A stretch of 64,000 nucleotides of DNA from an uncultured Candidatus Methanogranum sp. GTDB taxonomy: Archaea; Thermoplasmatota; Thermoplasmata; Methanomassiliicoccales; Methanomethylophilaceae. The stretch covers positions 200,915 through 264,914 of the forward strand of contig OY780938.1 of NCBI GenBank assembly GCA_963676045.1. The letters run 5' to 3'. Positions 47,045 through 56,562 of the stretch are shown in pieces (positions within the stretch are counted from its first letter, which is position 1; every line of letters begins with the position of its first letter). The translations under genes and the position numbers were made by a program. Below the pieces are notes generated by a model. The model was not told the origin of the DNA. It saw only the letters and a program-made list of their open reading frames with translations, and ran no database searches.

Positions 47045-48224
47045 CTTTATTCTTGCAGCAACATTTCTTCGGCTGTTCGGAATCAAGGTCTACGAACCTG
47101 TCTTTGAGTTCCCTCAATACTTCTGGTCTTGATGTGTATTCCATCTCTTCTGCACCGAGGATCGAAGGCACGAATGGTCCTTGCGATCTCATGAACTTGC
47201 TTGCTTTTATCGAATTGCTGCGGGCAAGGTCGAATGTGGGAGATCCGAAGAAGTCGACCGGTATGTGTTCTCCGCCTTTGGAGTTCATAGGTTCAAGTCC
47301 CTGCAAATGTCCGTTGTTCAATTGGAATCCGAGACAGCATATTCTTGGAGGTCCATCGAAGTACGTGGGATCGGAATCCTCTGGTGAGCACGGGTACAAT
47401 GCACCGATGTGCGACCCTCTCATCCATCCTGCCACCAGCATTGTTTGGTTTATGAAAGGCTGTGTGTATTCCCCTACTGATGGAAGTCCACTCTGGCACC
47501 TGCATATGCATACAGGATCATCCTTTCCGATGTATTTTCCTGCAGTGAGGTTGAGCTTATCTGTGGATACCACGCATGCAGGGCCGACACCAGATCTTGC
47601 AATAACTCTTTTGATAGCGTATCTTGAGGTGTCACCTAGGAGCGAGAGTATGCTCCAGGATTCCTCAGGTGCTGACATAACTACCTTTTTGTTGTCCATC
47701 ACATCTTGGATCTCGATATCGAATCCCAGTTTAGCTCTGGCATCGATAACGAGGCCAGTCGTAGTGAATGGATCTAGGAACACCCTTGAAAGAGGTAATG
47801 AGTATGCGGACGGCTCTGTTTTGTCTGCCATAAAGAAGAGAAGAGGTTCAGATCCCCTTTCGACAAATGACATCTCAGCAGAACCTGGGCCTGCACCTTT
47901 GACATTACCGGAGAAGGCATCCGTGAGGATATCTTGTCCTGCAGCGTAGAGTTTCATGGATTTTGCGATCTTGGTAGCTTTCTGGAAACATTCCCAGGCA
48001 GCGCCGTGAACCTCTTTGTTGTTCTCGCCTTTGTAATGAGTCATGTAAAGATTGATGTCATCTCCAACACGCGTCACATAGAAATCCTCTATGACTCCGG
48101 CCTTCTGCTGTTCCTTTAGGACATCCATCGATGCCTGAAGCATGGATGGGTGAGGTCTGGAGTGTCCGACAACGGACCCGACATCTGCTTTTATTATTGA
48201 TACAGTGACTTTTTCTGCAGCCAT
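47034..48224 (-). CDS. fbp: fructose-1,6-bisphosphate aldolase/phosphatase (class V)
   Basis: N-terminal VTVSIIKADVGSVVGHSRPHP; 396 aa, full-length family match. Confidence 0.9.
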   Translation of the reverse strand: MAAEKVTVSIIKADVGSVVGHSRPHPSMLQASMDVLKEQQKAGVIEDFYVTRVGDDINLYMTHYKGENNKEVHGAAWECFQKATKIAKSMKLYAAGQDILTDAFSGNVKGAGPGSAEMSFVERGSEPLLFFMADKTEPSAYSLPLSRVFLDPFTTTGLVIDARAKLGFDIEIQDVMDNKKVVMSAPEESWSILSLLGDTSRYAIKRVIARSGVGPACVVSTDKLNLTAGKYIGKDDPVCICRCQSGLPSVGEYTQPFINQTMLVAGWMRGSHIGALYPCSPEDSDPTYFDGPPRICCLGFQLNNGHLQGLEPMNSKGGEHIPVDFFGSPTFDLARSNSIKASKFMRSQGPFVPSILGAEEMEYTSRPEVLRELKDRFVDLDSEQPKKCCCKNKDVE

Positions 48225-48351
48225 GAATTCACCATTGTTTTATTGGGTGTCGGTTAGCGTTGTGAATTATAATAATGTTTTTCATACAGTTATTAGAAAA
48301 TCCATCAGATCCATCATATGGCGTCGGTAGAACAAAATATCGGGACGTTAT

Positions 48352-48543
48352 ATGTCCACATATTGGGACGCACAGCGTCCGGATGTGATTGACATGATGG
48401 AGAACATGAAGGCCAAAATGGTAGAAAAATGGTCCAAAGAGAAGACAAAAAAAGAGAAGAACTATACGCTCCACGTAATAGGCGCGATAGTCGTCATAGC
48501 TCTGGTCATCACAGCATTGAGTTATTGGTTCCCCCTCAACTGA
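48352..48543 (+). CDS. small tail-anchored membrane protein (hypothetical)
   Basis: 63 aa with a lysine-rich middle and a single C-terminal TM. Lies in an otherwise empty intergenic region. Weak support. Confidence 0.3.
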   Translation: MSTYWDAQRPDVIDMMENMKAKMVEKWSKEKTKKEKNYTLHVIGAIVVIALVITALSYWFPLN

Positions 48544-48614
48544 TTCTTTATTAACGGCGTGTCCTGCAGATGTAGGTTTTATATTAGAGGCAGGACTACG
48601 TCTGTTAGTTTAAC

Positions 48615-49919
48615 ATGACAGCCATTAGAGACTCTAGTAATATTGCGGTGACCGATGGTACGGCGACCGTCAAAGGTTGGGTCCAGGACATCAGGAATCT
48701 GGGGGGAATTTCCTTCTTGACACTGAGGGACAGGTTCGGGACCATTCAGGTTACGATGCCGAAGAAAAAGATAGATCCTGTTCTTTTTGACAGTATAACG
48801 AGACTTTCTAGAGAATCCGTGATATCCGTAACAGGCGAGGTAAAGGCGAGCAATCAGACAGCTCTGGGTCTTGAGTTGATACCCATATCCTTCGAAGTAT
48901 ATTCCGAGGCAGCGGTACCTCTCCCGATGGGAGTGATAGATAAGGTGAATGTCGAGATGGACACTCGTCTAAACAACAGATTCATGGACCTAAGGAAACC
49001 TGAGATAAAGGCAATTTTTGAGCTCAGGTCAATGATGGTCGCTCTGATCAACGAGGTAATGCAGGCAAAGGGATTCACATGTGTCAGCACACCAAAGATC
49101 GTAGCATCGGGTGCAGAGGGGGGTTCCACATTGTTCAGTGTGGATTATTTCGGAAGACCTGCATATTTGGCACAGAGCCCTCAGTTGTACAAGCAGATAC
49201 TCATGTCTACAGGTCTTGACAGGGTCTACGAGTTGGGCCCAGCATTCCGTGCAGAGCACTCCAACACCAACCGCCATGTGACAGAGTTCATATCATTCGA
49301 TGGTGAGATGTGCTGGATAGAGAAGGAGGAGGATGTGATGGCGATGATCGAGAGCATCATCGACCATGTCCTGAAAGGATTGAAGGACAGGGGCAGTAAA
49401 CAGCTCGCGGTACTGGGGAAAGAGATCAATGTACCGGCATTACCATATCCGATATTGACATATTCCGATTGCCTGAAAATGGTCCAGGACTCTGGAATGC
49501 CTTTGAAGAATGGCGACGACCTTGGTACGGAGGGCGAGAAGGTCATAGGCGATATAATGGCCGAGAAAGGATACGACCTCTATTTCATAGCCGAATACCC
49601 AGAAGAGGCCAAACCATTCTACATCATGGAGAAGGACGGTACTGAACACTCATTCTCGTTCGATCTCGACTACAGAGGTCAGGAGATATCTTCGGGCGGT
49701 CAGAGAGAGCACAGGTATGAAAGACTTGTCGCCAGAATGGAAAAGAAAGGGTTGAATCCAGATGATTTCGGTTTCTATCTCGATGCATTCAAATACGGCA
49801 TACCTCCGCATGGTGGATGGGGAATAGGCATCGACAGGTTGATCGTTAAGATGCTGGATCTTCCCAATGTCAGGGAAGCGATACTCTTCCCAAGGGACAT
49901 GAGTAGATTATCGCCTTGA
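48615..49919 (+). CDS. aspS: aspartyl-tRNA synthetase (archaeal/eukaryal type)
   Basis: N-terminal OB fold (VKGWVQDIRNLGGISFLTLRD) and class II motifs (FRAE, GGQRE, GWGIGIDRL). Confidence 0.9.
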   Translation: MTAIRDSSNIAVTDGTATVKGWVQDIRNLGGISFLTLRDRFGTIQVTMPKKKIDPVLFDSITRLSRESVISVTGEVKASNQTALGLELIPISFEVYSEAAVPLPMGVIDKVNVEMDTRLNNRFMDLRKPEIKAIFELRSMMVALINEVMQAKGFTCVSTPKIVASGAEGGSTLFSVDYFGRPAYLAQSPQLYKQILMSTGLDRVYELGPAFRAEHSNTNRHVTEFISFDGEMCWIEKEEDVMAMIESIIDHVLKGLKDRGSKQLAVLGKEINVPALPYPILTYSDCLKMVQDSGMPLKNGDDLGTEGEKVIGDIMAEKGYDLYFIAEYPEEAKPFYIMEKDGTEHSFSFDLDYRGQEISSGGQREHRYERLVARMEKKGLNPDDFGFYLDAFKYGIPPHGGWGIGIDRLIVKMLDLPNVREAILFPRDMSRLSP

Positions 49920-49934
49920 TGATTTTAAATCAAT

Positions 49935-49968
49935 GGGGGTCAGATTCGGTCATTTTCGGGTGACCCCC
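49935..49968 (+). terminator. G5/C5 hairpin downstream of aspS
   Basis: gggggtca-18 nt-tgaccccc, followed by the T-rich gattcgtttta. Confidence 0.4.
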
Positions 49969-50004
49969 TGATTCGTTTTAATATACTCAGGCAATCCATT
50001 GTTC

Positions 50005-50541
50005 ATGGCGGCATCAGGTGACATCTATGAGAGGGAATTGAAGTACTTGCTCACAGGGGATCGGAAGACAATTGCCAAGATGGTAAAGACATGCAATGCT
50101 AACGAAAATCAGGCGTACAGCACGATGCTATCGGACCCATTCATGGTCGTTAGGGCAGCCGGTTCTTTGGGCGTGGACCTTGTCGCATTGAGATGGGATT
50201 TTTCATTTCCGATAGAGGTAAAGAGTTCAGGGGAGGAAGTGATGCATTTCAGTAAGAATCCCAGGCTCGGAGAGCAGGCGGAGAAGATGAGATGTGAATG
50301 CGCCACATGCCATGTCATACCGATATACGCATACAGGTTGAAGAGCATCAGGGGAGACCCTTGGAGGATATTCACGATCCCTTCGGACACAAAGTTGAAA
50401 GGCCGTAATGCTTTGTTGAAGAGAAGGATACCTGAATTCGAGATAACATCCAATGGGAATTACATCATGAGATGGGGCGAAGGCATGAAGCTTAGCGAAT
50501 TCATATCATACATGGGCATGAGTGAATTCGACAGCGAGTGA
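50005..50541 (+). CDS. hjc: Holliday junction resolvase Hjc-like
   Basis: YERELKYLL...VVRAAGSLGVDLVAL...PIEVKSS matches the Hjc catalytic core (E, D, EVK). It has an insertion and a longer C-terminus than typical Hjc. Confidence 0.65.
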   Translation: MAASGDIYERELKYLLTGDRKTIAKMVKTCNANENQAYSTMLSDPFMVVRAAGSLGVDLVALRWDFSFPIEVKSSGEEVMHFSKNPRLGEQAEKMRCECATCHVIPIYAYRLKSIRGDPWRIFTIPSDTKLKGRNALLKRRIPEFEITSNGNYIMRWGEGMKLSEFISYMGMSEFDSE

Positions 50542-50732
50542 GACGACCGTCAGTACTCATAGGGTTCATCATGAATCAGCCGAATAATCTCTTCATCCGG
50601 TCAAGTCTCAAGCGTTAATGGTAATTTTACATAAAAGTATGGTGGGTGTTCAAGACCATTCGATGCACCTTATTTTTTCTTTCCGCGCGTGGTTTAGCTA
50701 AATATATAACCGAGTAGTGGATTCGAAAAAAC

Positions 50733-51995
50733 ATGTCGTGGAAGCAAGTCGACGAGAATTTTTGGAAAGATAATCGTGCATCAAAAGTTGATTCAGTCAT
50801 CGATACCGTTCAAGGTATAATCGACCAGGTCAGCAAGGATGGAGATAAGGCTCTGATAGAGCTTACGAAGAAGTTCGATAAGATCGACCTAAAGTCCTTG
50901 GCTGTCACCAGAGATGACATAGACGAGGCATATGATAAGGTAGACCAGGACCTTGTAGACGAGTTAGAAGAGGCAGCATACCGCATCGAGCGCTTCCATG
51001 AGATGCAGGTGCCGCCAGACCTATGGACCCGCGAGGTCGAACCAGGAATAACCCTGGGCGTCAAGAGCACCCCCTTCTCCAGAGTAGGTTGTTACATTCC
51101 AGGCGGCAGGGCGTCATATCCTTCGACCGCCCTCATGTGCGTCATACCCGCTCGCGTCGCCGGTGTGGATGAGATCGTATGTTGCACACCAGCACCGATA
51201 AACCCGATAACGCTTGTAGCACTCGACATAGCAGGGGTCGATGAGATATACATGGTCGGAGGCGCACAGGCGATAGCCGCAATGGCACTGGGCACAGAGT
51301 CCATCGAACCGGTTCAGAAGATAGTCGGACCGGGTAACGTGTATGTCACCGCTGCAAAGACTATATTGAGGAAGAACGTCGAGATAGACTTCCCCGCAGG
51401 TCCAAGCGAGATAGGCGTATTGGCAGATTCCTCCGCGAATCCATTGTTCGTGGCATCGGACCTCATCGCACAGGCTGAGCACGATCCCTCCTCCGCATGT
51501 CTCCTAATAACGGATGATCCGAAATTCCCTGACAGGGTGTGGAAGGAGATGGAAGCCATGATCAAGGTGGCATCAAGGAAAGGCATCATCGAGAAGGCCT
51601 TGAACAATTCAGGGTACATCATTGTCGAGGATATGGAACTGGGCATAGAGATGATGAACACCATAGCCCCCGAGCACCTTTCAATACAGACCAGGGACAC
51701 CTTCGATACGTTGTCGAAGATCACCAACGCAGGGTCCATATTCATAGGCCCGTACACACCCGTGGCCGCAGGGGATTACGCATCAGGCACCAATCATGTA
51801 TTGCCGACCGCAGGGCACGCGGCCACATCATCGGGATTGAACGTGGCCCATTTCCGCAAGACATCCACTGTGCAGATATTGACGAAGCAGGGGCTTTCGA
51901 CACTCGCTCCAACGATCGAGATGATAGCTACCGCGGAAGGTCTCGATGCGCACAGTGAGTCGGTTAAAGTAAGGGAATCCGAAGAAGAAGAGTGA
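50733..51995 (+). CDS. hisD: histidinol dehydrogenase
   Basis: 420 aa with GGAQAIAAMA, QAEHD and APEHL motifs. Confidence 0.9.
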   Translation: MSWKQVDENFWKDNRASKVDSVIDTVQGIIDQVSKDGDKALIELTKKFDKIDLKSLAVTRDDIDEAYDKVDQDLVDELEEAAYRIERFHEMQVPPDLWTREVEPGITLGVKSTPFSRVGCYIPGGRASYPSTALMCVIPARVAGVDEIVCCTPAPINPITLVALDIAGVDEIYMVGGAQAIAAMALGTESIEPVQKIVGPGNVYVTAAKTILRKNVEIDFPAGPSEIGVLADSSANPLFVASDLIAQAEHDPSSACLLITDDPKFPDRVWKEMEAMIKVASRKGIIEKALNNSGYIIVEDMELGIEMMNTIAPEHLSIQTRDTFDTLSKITNAGSIFIGPYTPVAAGDYASGTNHVLPTAGHAATSSGLNVAHFRKTSTVQILTKQGLSTLAPTIEMIATAEGLDAHSESVKVRESEEEE

Positions 51996-52000
51996 GGCCA

Positions 52001-54082
52001 ATGTCCGACCCCATCGATCTCTACGACCATTCGTTGTACATCAACAGGGAGCTATCCTGGTTGGAGTTCAATAGACGCTGTCTCCTTGAGGCCGAGGACA
52101 AGACCAATCCTTTGTTGGATAGGGTGAAGTTCCTTGCCATAGCATATGGTAACATGGATGAATTCTTCATGATACGCATCCCAGGCATGATCTCCAGGGA
52201 GATCATGGATGCGATGGCATCCGCCGGTCCGGATTCATATGACAATCACGATGACTTCGTGAAGGATGTGAATAAGAAGGTGGAGTCCCTCGTCTCAGGT
52301 TACGATACATGTTGGAACGATCTCAATGCGGACCTATACGAGAAGAACATACGCATACGCACCATCGATTCCTTAAACAAGATCCAGAGGAGCTGGGTGG
52401 ATGATTACTATAAACAGAGGGTCCATGCATTGCTGACCCCTCTTGCATTGGATGTGTCGCATCCGTTCCCCTTCATATCCAACAACTCATTGAATCTGGC
52501 CGTGAAGGTGAGGAAGAACGAGGACGAGTTCCTATACGCCAGGGTGAAGGTGCCGACCAGCATATTGCCGAGGTTCGTCAAGATACCCTCGGACAAGGCA
52601 GGGGTCGACTTCATCCTGATGGAGAATATAATCAAGGCCAATATGAAGGAGCTTTTCCCCGGGATCGATGTCGTCGGGGTCTACAATTTCCGGGTCACAA
52701 GGAATGCGGATGTTAAGGTCACTATCGATGAGGCGTGCGACCTCATGTCCGCAGTCGAGACATCATTGGATTCACGTGACATGGGATTCCCAGTCAGGAT
52801 GATGGTGGAGGAGGACATGCCGCAGGAGATGATCGATCTTTTCGGTCGCAACCTGAAGCTCACGGGATACCAGATACACAAGGTATCAGTCGGAGGGATG
52901 ATGCTCACCGATCTTTGGGAAGTAGCAGGATTGAACTATCCGAAGCTCAAGGAGAAACCGTTCCTCCCGTTCTGCCCACCGGAATTCGGGGAGGACGCAT
53001 CCATCTTCAATACTCTGAGGGAGAAGGATTGGATACTTTTCCACCCCTACGAGTCGTTCGACGCAATAATACATTTCCTCAACGAGGCCGCCGACGATCC
53101 CAAGGTCCAGAGCATAAAGATCTGCCTCTACAGGATAGGTAAGGACCCGTCGATAATACGCGCGTTGATGAGGGCGAAGGAGAAGGGAAAGGCAGTATCG
53201 GTGCTCATGGAGCTCCGTGCGAAGTTCGATGAGACCAACAACATCCATCTTGCGAGGGAATTGGAGAAGATGGGGGTGCATGTGGTATACGGACCGGTCG
53301 AGCTCAAGGTCCATTCCAAGCTGCTGCAGGTCGTCAGACTGGAGGGGGAGCATCTGATGAGATACACCCATCTCAGTTCAGGAAATTACAATACCAGCAC
53401 CGCCAAGCAGTACGGAGACATATCGTACTTCACAGCGAACCAGACGATAGGCAAGGACGTGGGGGAGCTCTTCAACGCGCTAACAGGATTCTTCGGACCG
53501 AGGGATTACACGTATCTCCTGGTCGCACCCCTCACATTGAAGAGCGAGGTGCTCCGCAAGATAAGGCGCGAGGCGGACAACCAGCGCGCAGGCAAGACAG
53601 GTTACATAGCGATCAAGGTCAACGGTCTTGTGGATTCGGACATAATCGCGGAACTCTACAGGGCCTCTCAGGCAGGCGTGAAGATAGACCTGATCATAAG
53701 GGGACTCTGCTGTCTGCGTCCAGGCATACCGGGGGTATCGGACAACATACGCGTAACCAGCGTGGTGGACATGTTCCTGGAGCATTCTAGGATATACTAT
53801 TTCGAGAACGGAGGGGACCCGGAGATGTACATGGGGTCCTCGGATATGATGCCCCGCAATCTCATCGCAAGAGTGGAGGTCCTTTTCCCAATATTGGACA
53901 AGGAGATGATGGTCAGCATAAGGGACAACATATTGAACATACATCTGAACGACAACGTGAAGGCCAAGATCCTGAACTCATCTGGCGAGTACATCCCAGT
54001 GGTCAGGAAGAGCAGGGCTAAGAAGCTCCGTTCTCAGAAATGGTTCATAGAGCACAGAGGTGTCTGGCATGGACAACATTGA
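52001..54082 (+). CDS. ppk1: polyphosphate kinase 1
   Basis: ~690 aa with N-terminal YINRELSWLEFNRRCL and two PLD-like C domains (VHSKLL). ATG 52001 is preferred; GTG 51992 overlaps the hisD stop. Confidence 0.9.
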   Translation: MSDPIDLYDHSLYINRELSWLEFNRRCLLEAEDKTNPLLDRVKFLAIAYGNMDEFFMIRIPGMISREIMDAMASAGPDSYDNHDDFVKDVNKKVESLVSGYDTCWNDLNADLYEKNIRIRTIDSLNKIQRSWVDDYYKQRVHALLTPLALDVSHPFPFISNNSLNLAVKVRKNEDEFLYARVKVPTSILPRFVKIPSDKAGVDFILMENIIKANMKELFPGIDVVGVYNFRVTRNADVKVTIDEACDLMSAVETSLDSRDMGFPVRMMVEEDMPQEMIDLFGRNLKLTGYQIHKVSVGGMMLTDLWEVAGLNYPKLKEKPFLPFCPPEFGEDASIFNTLREKDWILFHPYESFDAIIHFLNEAADDPKVQSIKICLYRIGKDPSIIRALMRAKEKGKAVSVLMELRAKFDETNNIHLARELEKMGVHVVYGPVELKVHSKLLQVVRLEGEHLMRYTHLSSGNYNTSTAKQYGDISYFTANQTIGKDVGELFNALTGFFGPRDYTYLLVAPLTLKSEVLRKIRREADNQRAGKTGYIAIKVNGLVDSDIIAELYRASQAGVKIDLIIRGLCCLRPGIPGVSDNIRVTSVVDMFLEHSRIYYFENGGDPEMYMGSSDMMPRNLIARVEVLFPILDKEMMVSIRDNILNIHLNDNVKAKILNSSGEYIPVVRKSRAKKLRSQKWFIEHRGVWHGQH

Positions 54083-55592
54083 CGGAGAGGTAGTCGGGTT
54101 CATAGATGTCGGCACAAATTCGGTGCATGTACTCGTGGTGAAATATTACGAGGGTTCGATGGGAACGACGATATTCCAGGACAAGGAGGTGATACGCCTA
54201 GGCCAGAATCTCTATTCCAACGGGTATATCGATAAGGACACCATAGAGAAGGCGCGTCTGGTGATCTCCAATTTCACAGAGACTGCCAGGAACATGGGCG
54301 CTGACAAGGTCATAGCGATGGCCACATGCGCGGCGAGGGAGGCGAACAACAAGAAGGAACTTCTCGACGCGATAAGGTCGGACGGCGTGGATGTGAGCAT
54401 CATCCCAGGTTACGAGGAGGCAAGGCTCATACGTCTGGGGTTGTTCGGGCCCGTCGCGCCGAAGGAGAACACTCTCGCGATAGACATCGGCGGAGGAAGC
54501 ACAGAGATAATACTGTGCCGTGAGAAGGAGGACATATACCTGGACAGCCTCAGCATGGGGGCCGTGAGGTTCGCATACGGATGCGGGATACCCCCGGACA
54601 AGGCGTTGTCCTTCTCGGAGTACGATCAGCTGAGAAGGGAGGTCGACATGAGGTCGAGCCATACCTGCAGGAAGATAAGGGAATACGGTTTCATCCACGC
54701 CTATGGCTCTTCCGGCACCATGATCGCACTGGCAGAGATGTGTGCGGCAAAAAGGGGGGACAGCGATTCGTCGTACATGATGTACTACGAGCTCGTGGCC
54801 CTCATGAAGGAACTCTACACCAAGGACATCAAGGGCAGATGCACAGTGCCGGGCATGAACCCCTCCAGAGCGGACATAATAGTCAGCGGGGGAGCGATAG
54901 TGGAGGAGTTGATGTATCTGCTCAACATAGATCGCATAGAGATAAGCTTCAATGGTCTGAAGCAGGGGATGCAGATAGATTACATGATGAAACACGGGTA
55001 TTCCGATTTCAATGTGAGGGAATCGTCCGTGAGGGGTCTCGCGGGCAGATGCCAATACGATAAGCAGCATGCGGATTTCGTTCGCAAGTACGCGCTATAT
55101 CTCTTCGATAGGATGAAGGAACAGAACGTGCACAGGATGGATGAGGAGATGAGGGAGCTGCTTGCATATGCATGCACCTTGCATGATATCGGGGAATTCA
55201 TAAATTATCCAAAACATCACATACATTCTTTCATAATAATAACCAATTCGAACCTCGGAGGTTTCACGACCGATGAGCTGAGGATAATGGGGCTCATCGC
55301 AAGGTTCCATCACAAGAAGTTCCCAGAGAGGGACTCCAAGGTGTTCGGCGACATGTTACCCAAGCAGATCAACAACATACGCGAATGCGCGCTGATGCTG
55401 AAGATGGCGGACATATTCGATAGACGCCATGGTTCTTCCATCGAAGATGTGAAGGTCGATGTGGATGGGGACATATTGATGCTGGACCTAAAATCTGAAT
55501 TGGACATAAGCATGGAGACGTGGAAGCTGGCATCGATCGAGATCGATATCCTCGATGTTTTCGGTCTGAGGCTCAAGACGATAAAATCTTAA
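54069..55592 (+). CDS. ppx: exopolyphosphatase Ppx/GppA with HD domain
   Basis: ASKHA motifs FIDVGTNSVHVLV and DIGGGSTE, with a C-terminal HD region LHDIGEFINYPKHH. Overlaps ppk1 by 14 nt. Confidence 0.85.
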   Translation: MDNIDGEVVGFIDVGTNSVHVLVVKYYEGSMGTTIFQDKEVIRLGQNLYSNGYIDKDTIEKARLVISNFTETARNMGADKVIAMATCAAREANNKKELLDAIRSDGVDVSIIPGYEEARLIRLGLFGPVAPKENTLAIDIGGGSTEIILCREKEDIYLDSLSMGAVRFAYGCGIPPDKALSFSEYDQLRREVDMRSSHTCRKIREYGFIHAYGSSGTMIALAEMCAAKRGDSDSSYMMYYELVALMKELYTKDIKGRCTVPGMNPSRADIIVSGGAIVEELMYLLNIDRIEISFNGLKQGMQIDYMMKHGYSDFNVRESSVRGLAGRCQYDKQHADFVRKYALYLFDRMKEQNVHRMDEEMRELLAYACTLHDIGEFINYPKHHIHSFIIITNSNLGGFTTDELRIMGLIARFHHKKFPERDSKVFGDMLPKQINNIRECALMLKMADIFDRRHGSSIEDVKVDVDGDILMLDLKSELDISMETWKLASIEIDILDVFGLRLKTIKS

Positions 55593-56242
55593 TGGGAGGA
55601 TAGATGCGAGGAATCGCAGAACGGCATATTCTTGGACCTTCCGCACCTGCATAGTGCGATGCGATTCCTCACTTCATATCCCTTACCTTCGGGCGAGACC
55701 ACGGGTATGCCGCCTCTTACCCATATGGGGCCGACCGTGTGGACATCGTTGGTGATGGAGATCTCCTTCCTGAGCGCAGGTTCGTATTTCACACCGCCGA
55801 TGACAAGTGTAAGACTGCCGCCAGGGCAGTTATCGCACTGTTCACGTGCCTCATCCAGGTATTTTTCTTTCTTTATAGATTGCTCTATCTTCCTACCGGA
55901 GTGACAGAATCCTGCACCAGTGCATAATATCGGCCTCTGCATCAACTCCACGTTTTCGCACCCTTTCGTAATCGTGACATTCTCATCATAGAGATCAGGT
56001 TCTGCGATCTTATGATCCCTGAAGCCTGCATCCATATGCGTTCCGTCACAGAATGGCGTCGATGTCGTCTTTCCGCATCTGCACAGGGCATATATGTCGT
56101 CCGTGCGGTACTCTTTGTCCTTCGTCCAACCTATGGGTTTGCCCATGGGATCTACTTTGACGGATATCTCATTCAAAGGGATGTTCCCGTGGACCATGTA
56201 AGGTCCGTCCCTCATAACATTGATCCTTTGTTCATCCGTCAT
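55589..56242 (-). CDS. CDGSH iron-sulfur domain protein (two CDGSH modules plus central Cys cluster)
   Basis: CRCGKTTSTPFCDGTH and CRCGRSKNMPFCDSSH, plus central CTGAGFCH...CDNCP. Confidence 0.8.
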   Translation of the reverse strand: MTDEQRINVMRDGPYMVHGNIPLNEISVKVDPMGKPIGWTKDKEYRTDDIYALCRCGKTTSTPFCDGTHMDAGFRDHKIAEPDLYDENVTITKGCENVELMQRPILCTGAGFCHSGRKIEQSIKKEKYLDEAREQCDNCPGGSLTLVIGGVKYEPALRKEISITNDVHTVGPIWVRGGIPVVSPEGKGYEVRNRIALCRCGRSKNMPFCDSSHLSSH

Positions 56243-56480
56243 TCGATCCCAACTATCATTATCTCATTTAGCAATATATAAAGGCTTTTGAAATTTAGTT
56301 TAGACTAAATGATATTCTTCAAATCCAACAGCATCTTGAAGGATATGCCAGATATCATATGGAATAATGCGAAATATCACAAATCTGATATTTCTATTCG
56401 TAACAAAATAAGTGATTTTTTAATCAAAGACGTAAAAAAGTACCTAGTTTTTTATATTCAAATATAGATGCAGGATTTAT

Positions 56481-56528
56481 AGCAGGAATCAACCCCTTGC
56501 ACATGGTTTCGACCTGTTGATTCCTGCT
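56481..56528 (+). promoter_or_regulatory. perfect 13-bp inverted repeat in the leader of the nre gene
   Basis: agcaggaatcaac-22 nt-gttgattcctgct. It lies ~25 nt downstream of the TATA-like ttttatatt (56450) and 35 nt upstream of ATG 56563. Confidence 0.4.
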
Positions 56529-56562
56529 GAACACCTATCAATACCAATGTTTTTGTCATATC

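Noticed and set aside
56300-56530. Possible C/D box sRNA in the AT-rich intergenic region (several CTGA and ATGAT strings).
   Set aside because: No canonical RUGAUGA C box is paired with a CUGA D box at 50-70 nt spacing with terminal complementarity. The matches are expected by chance in AT-rich sequence.
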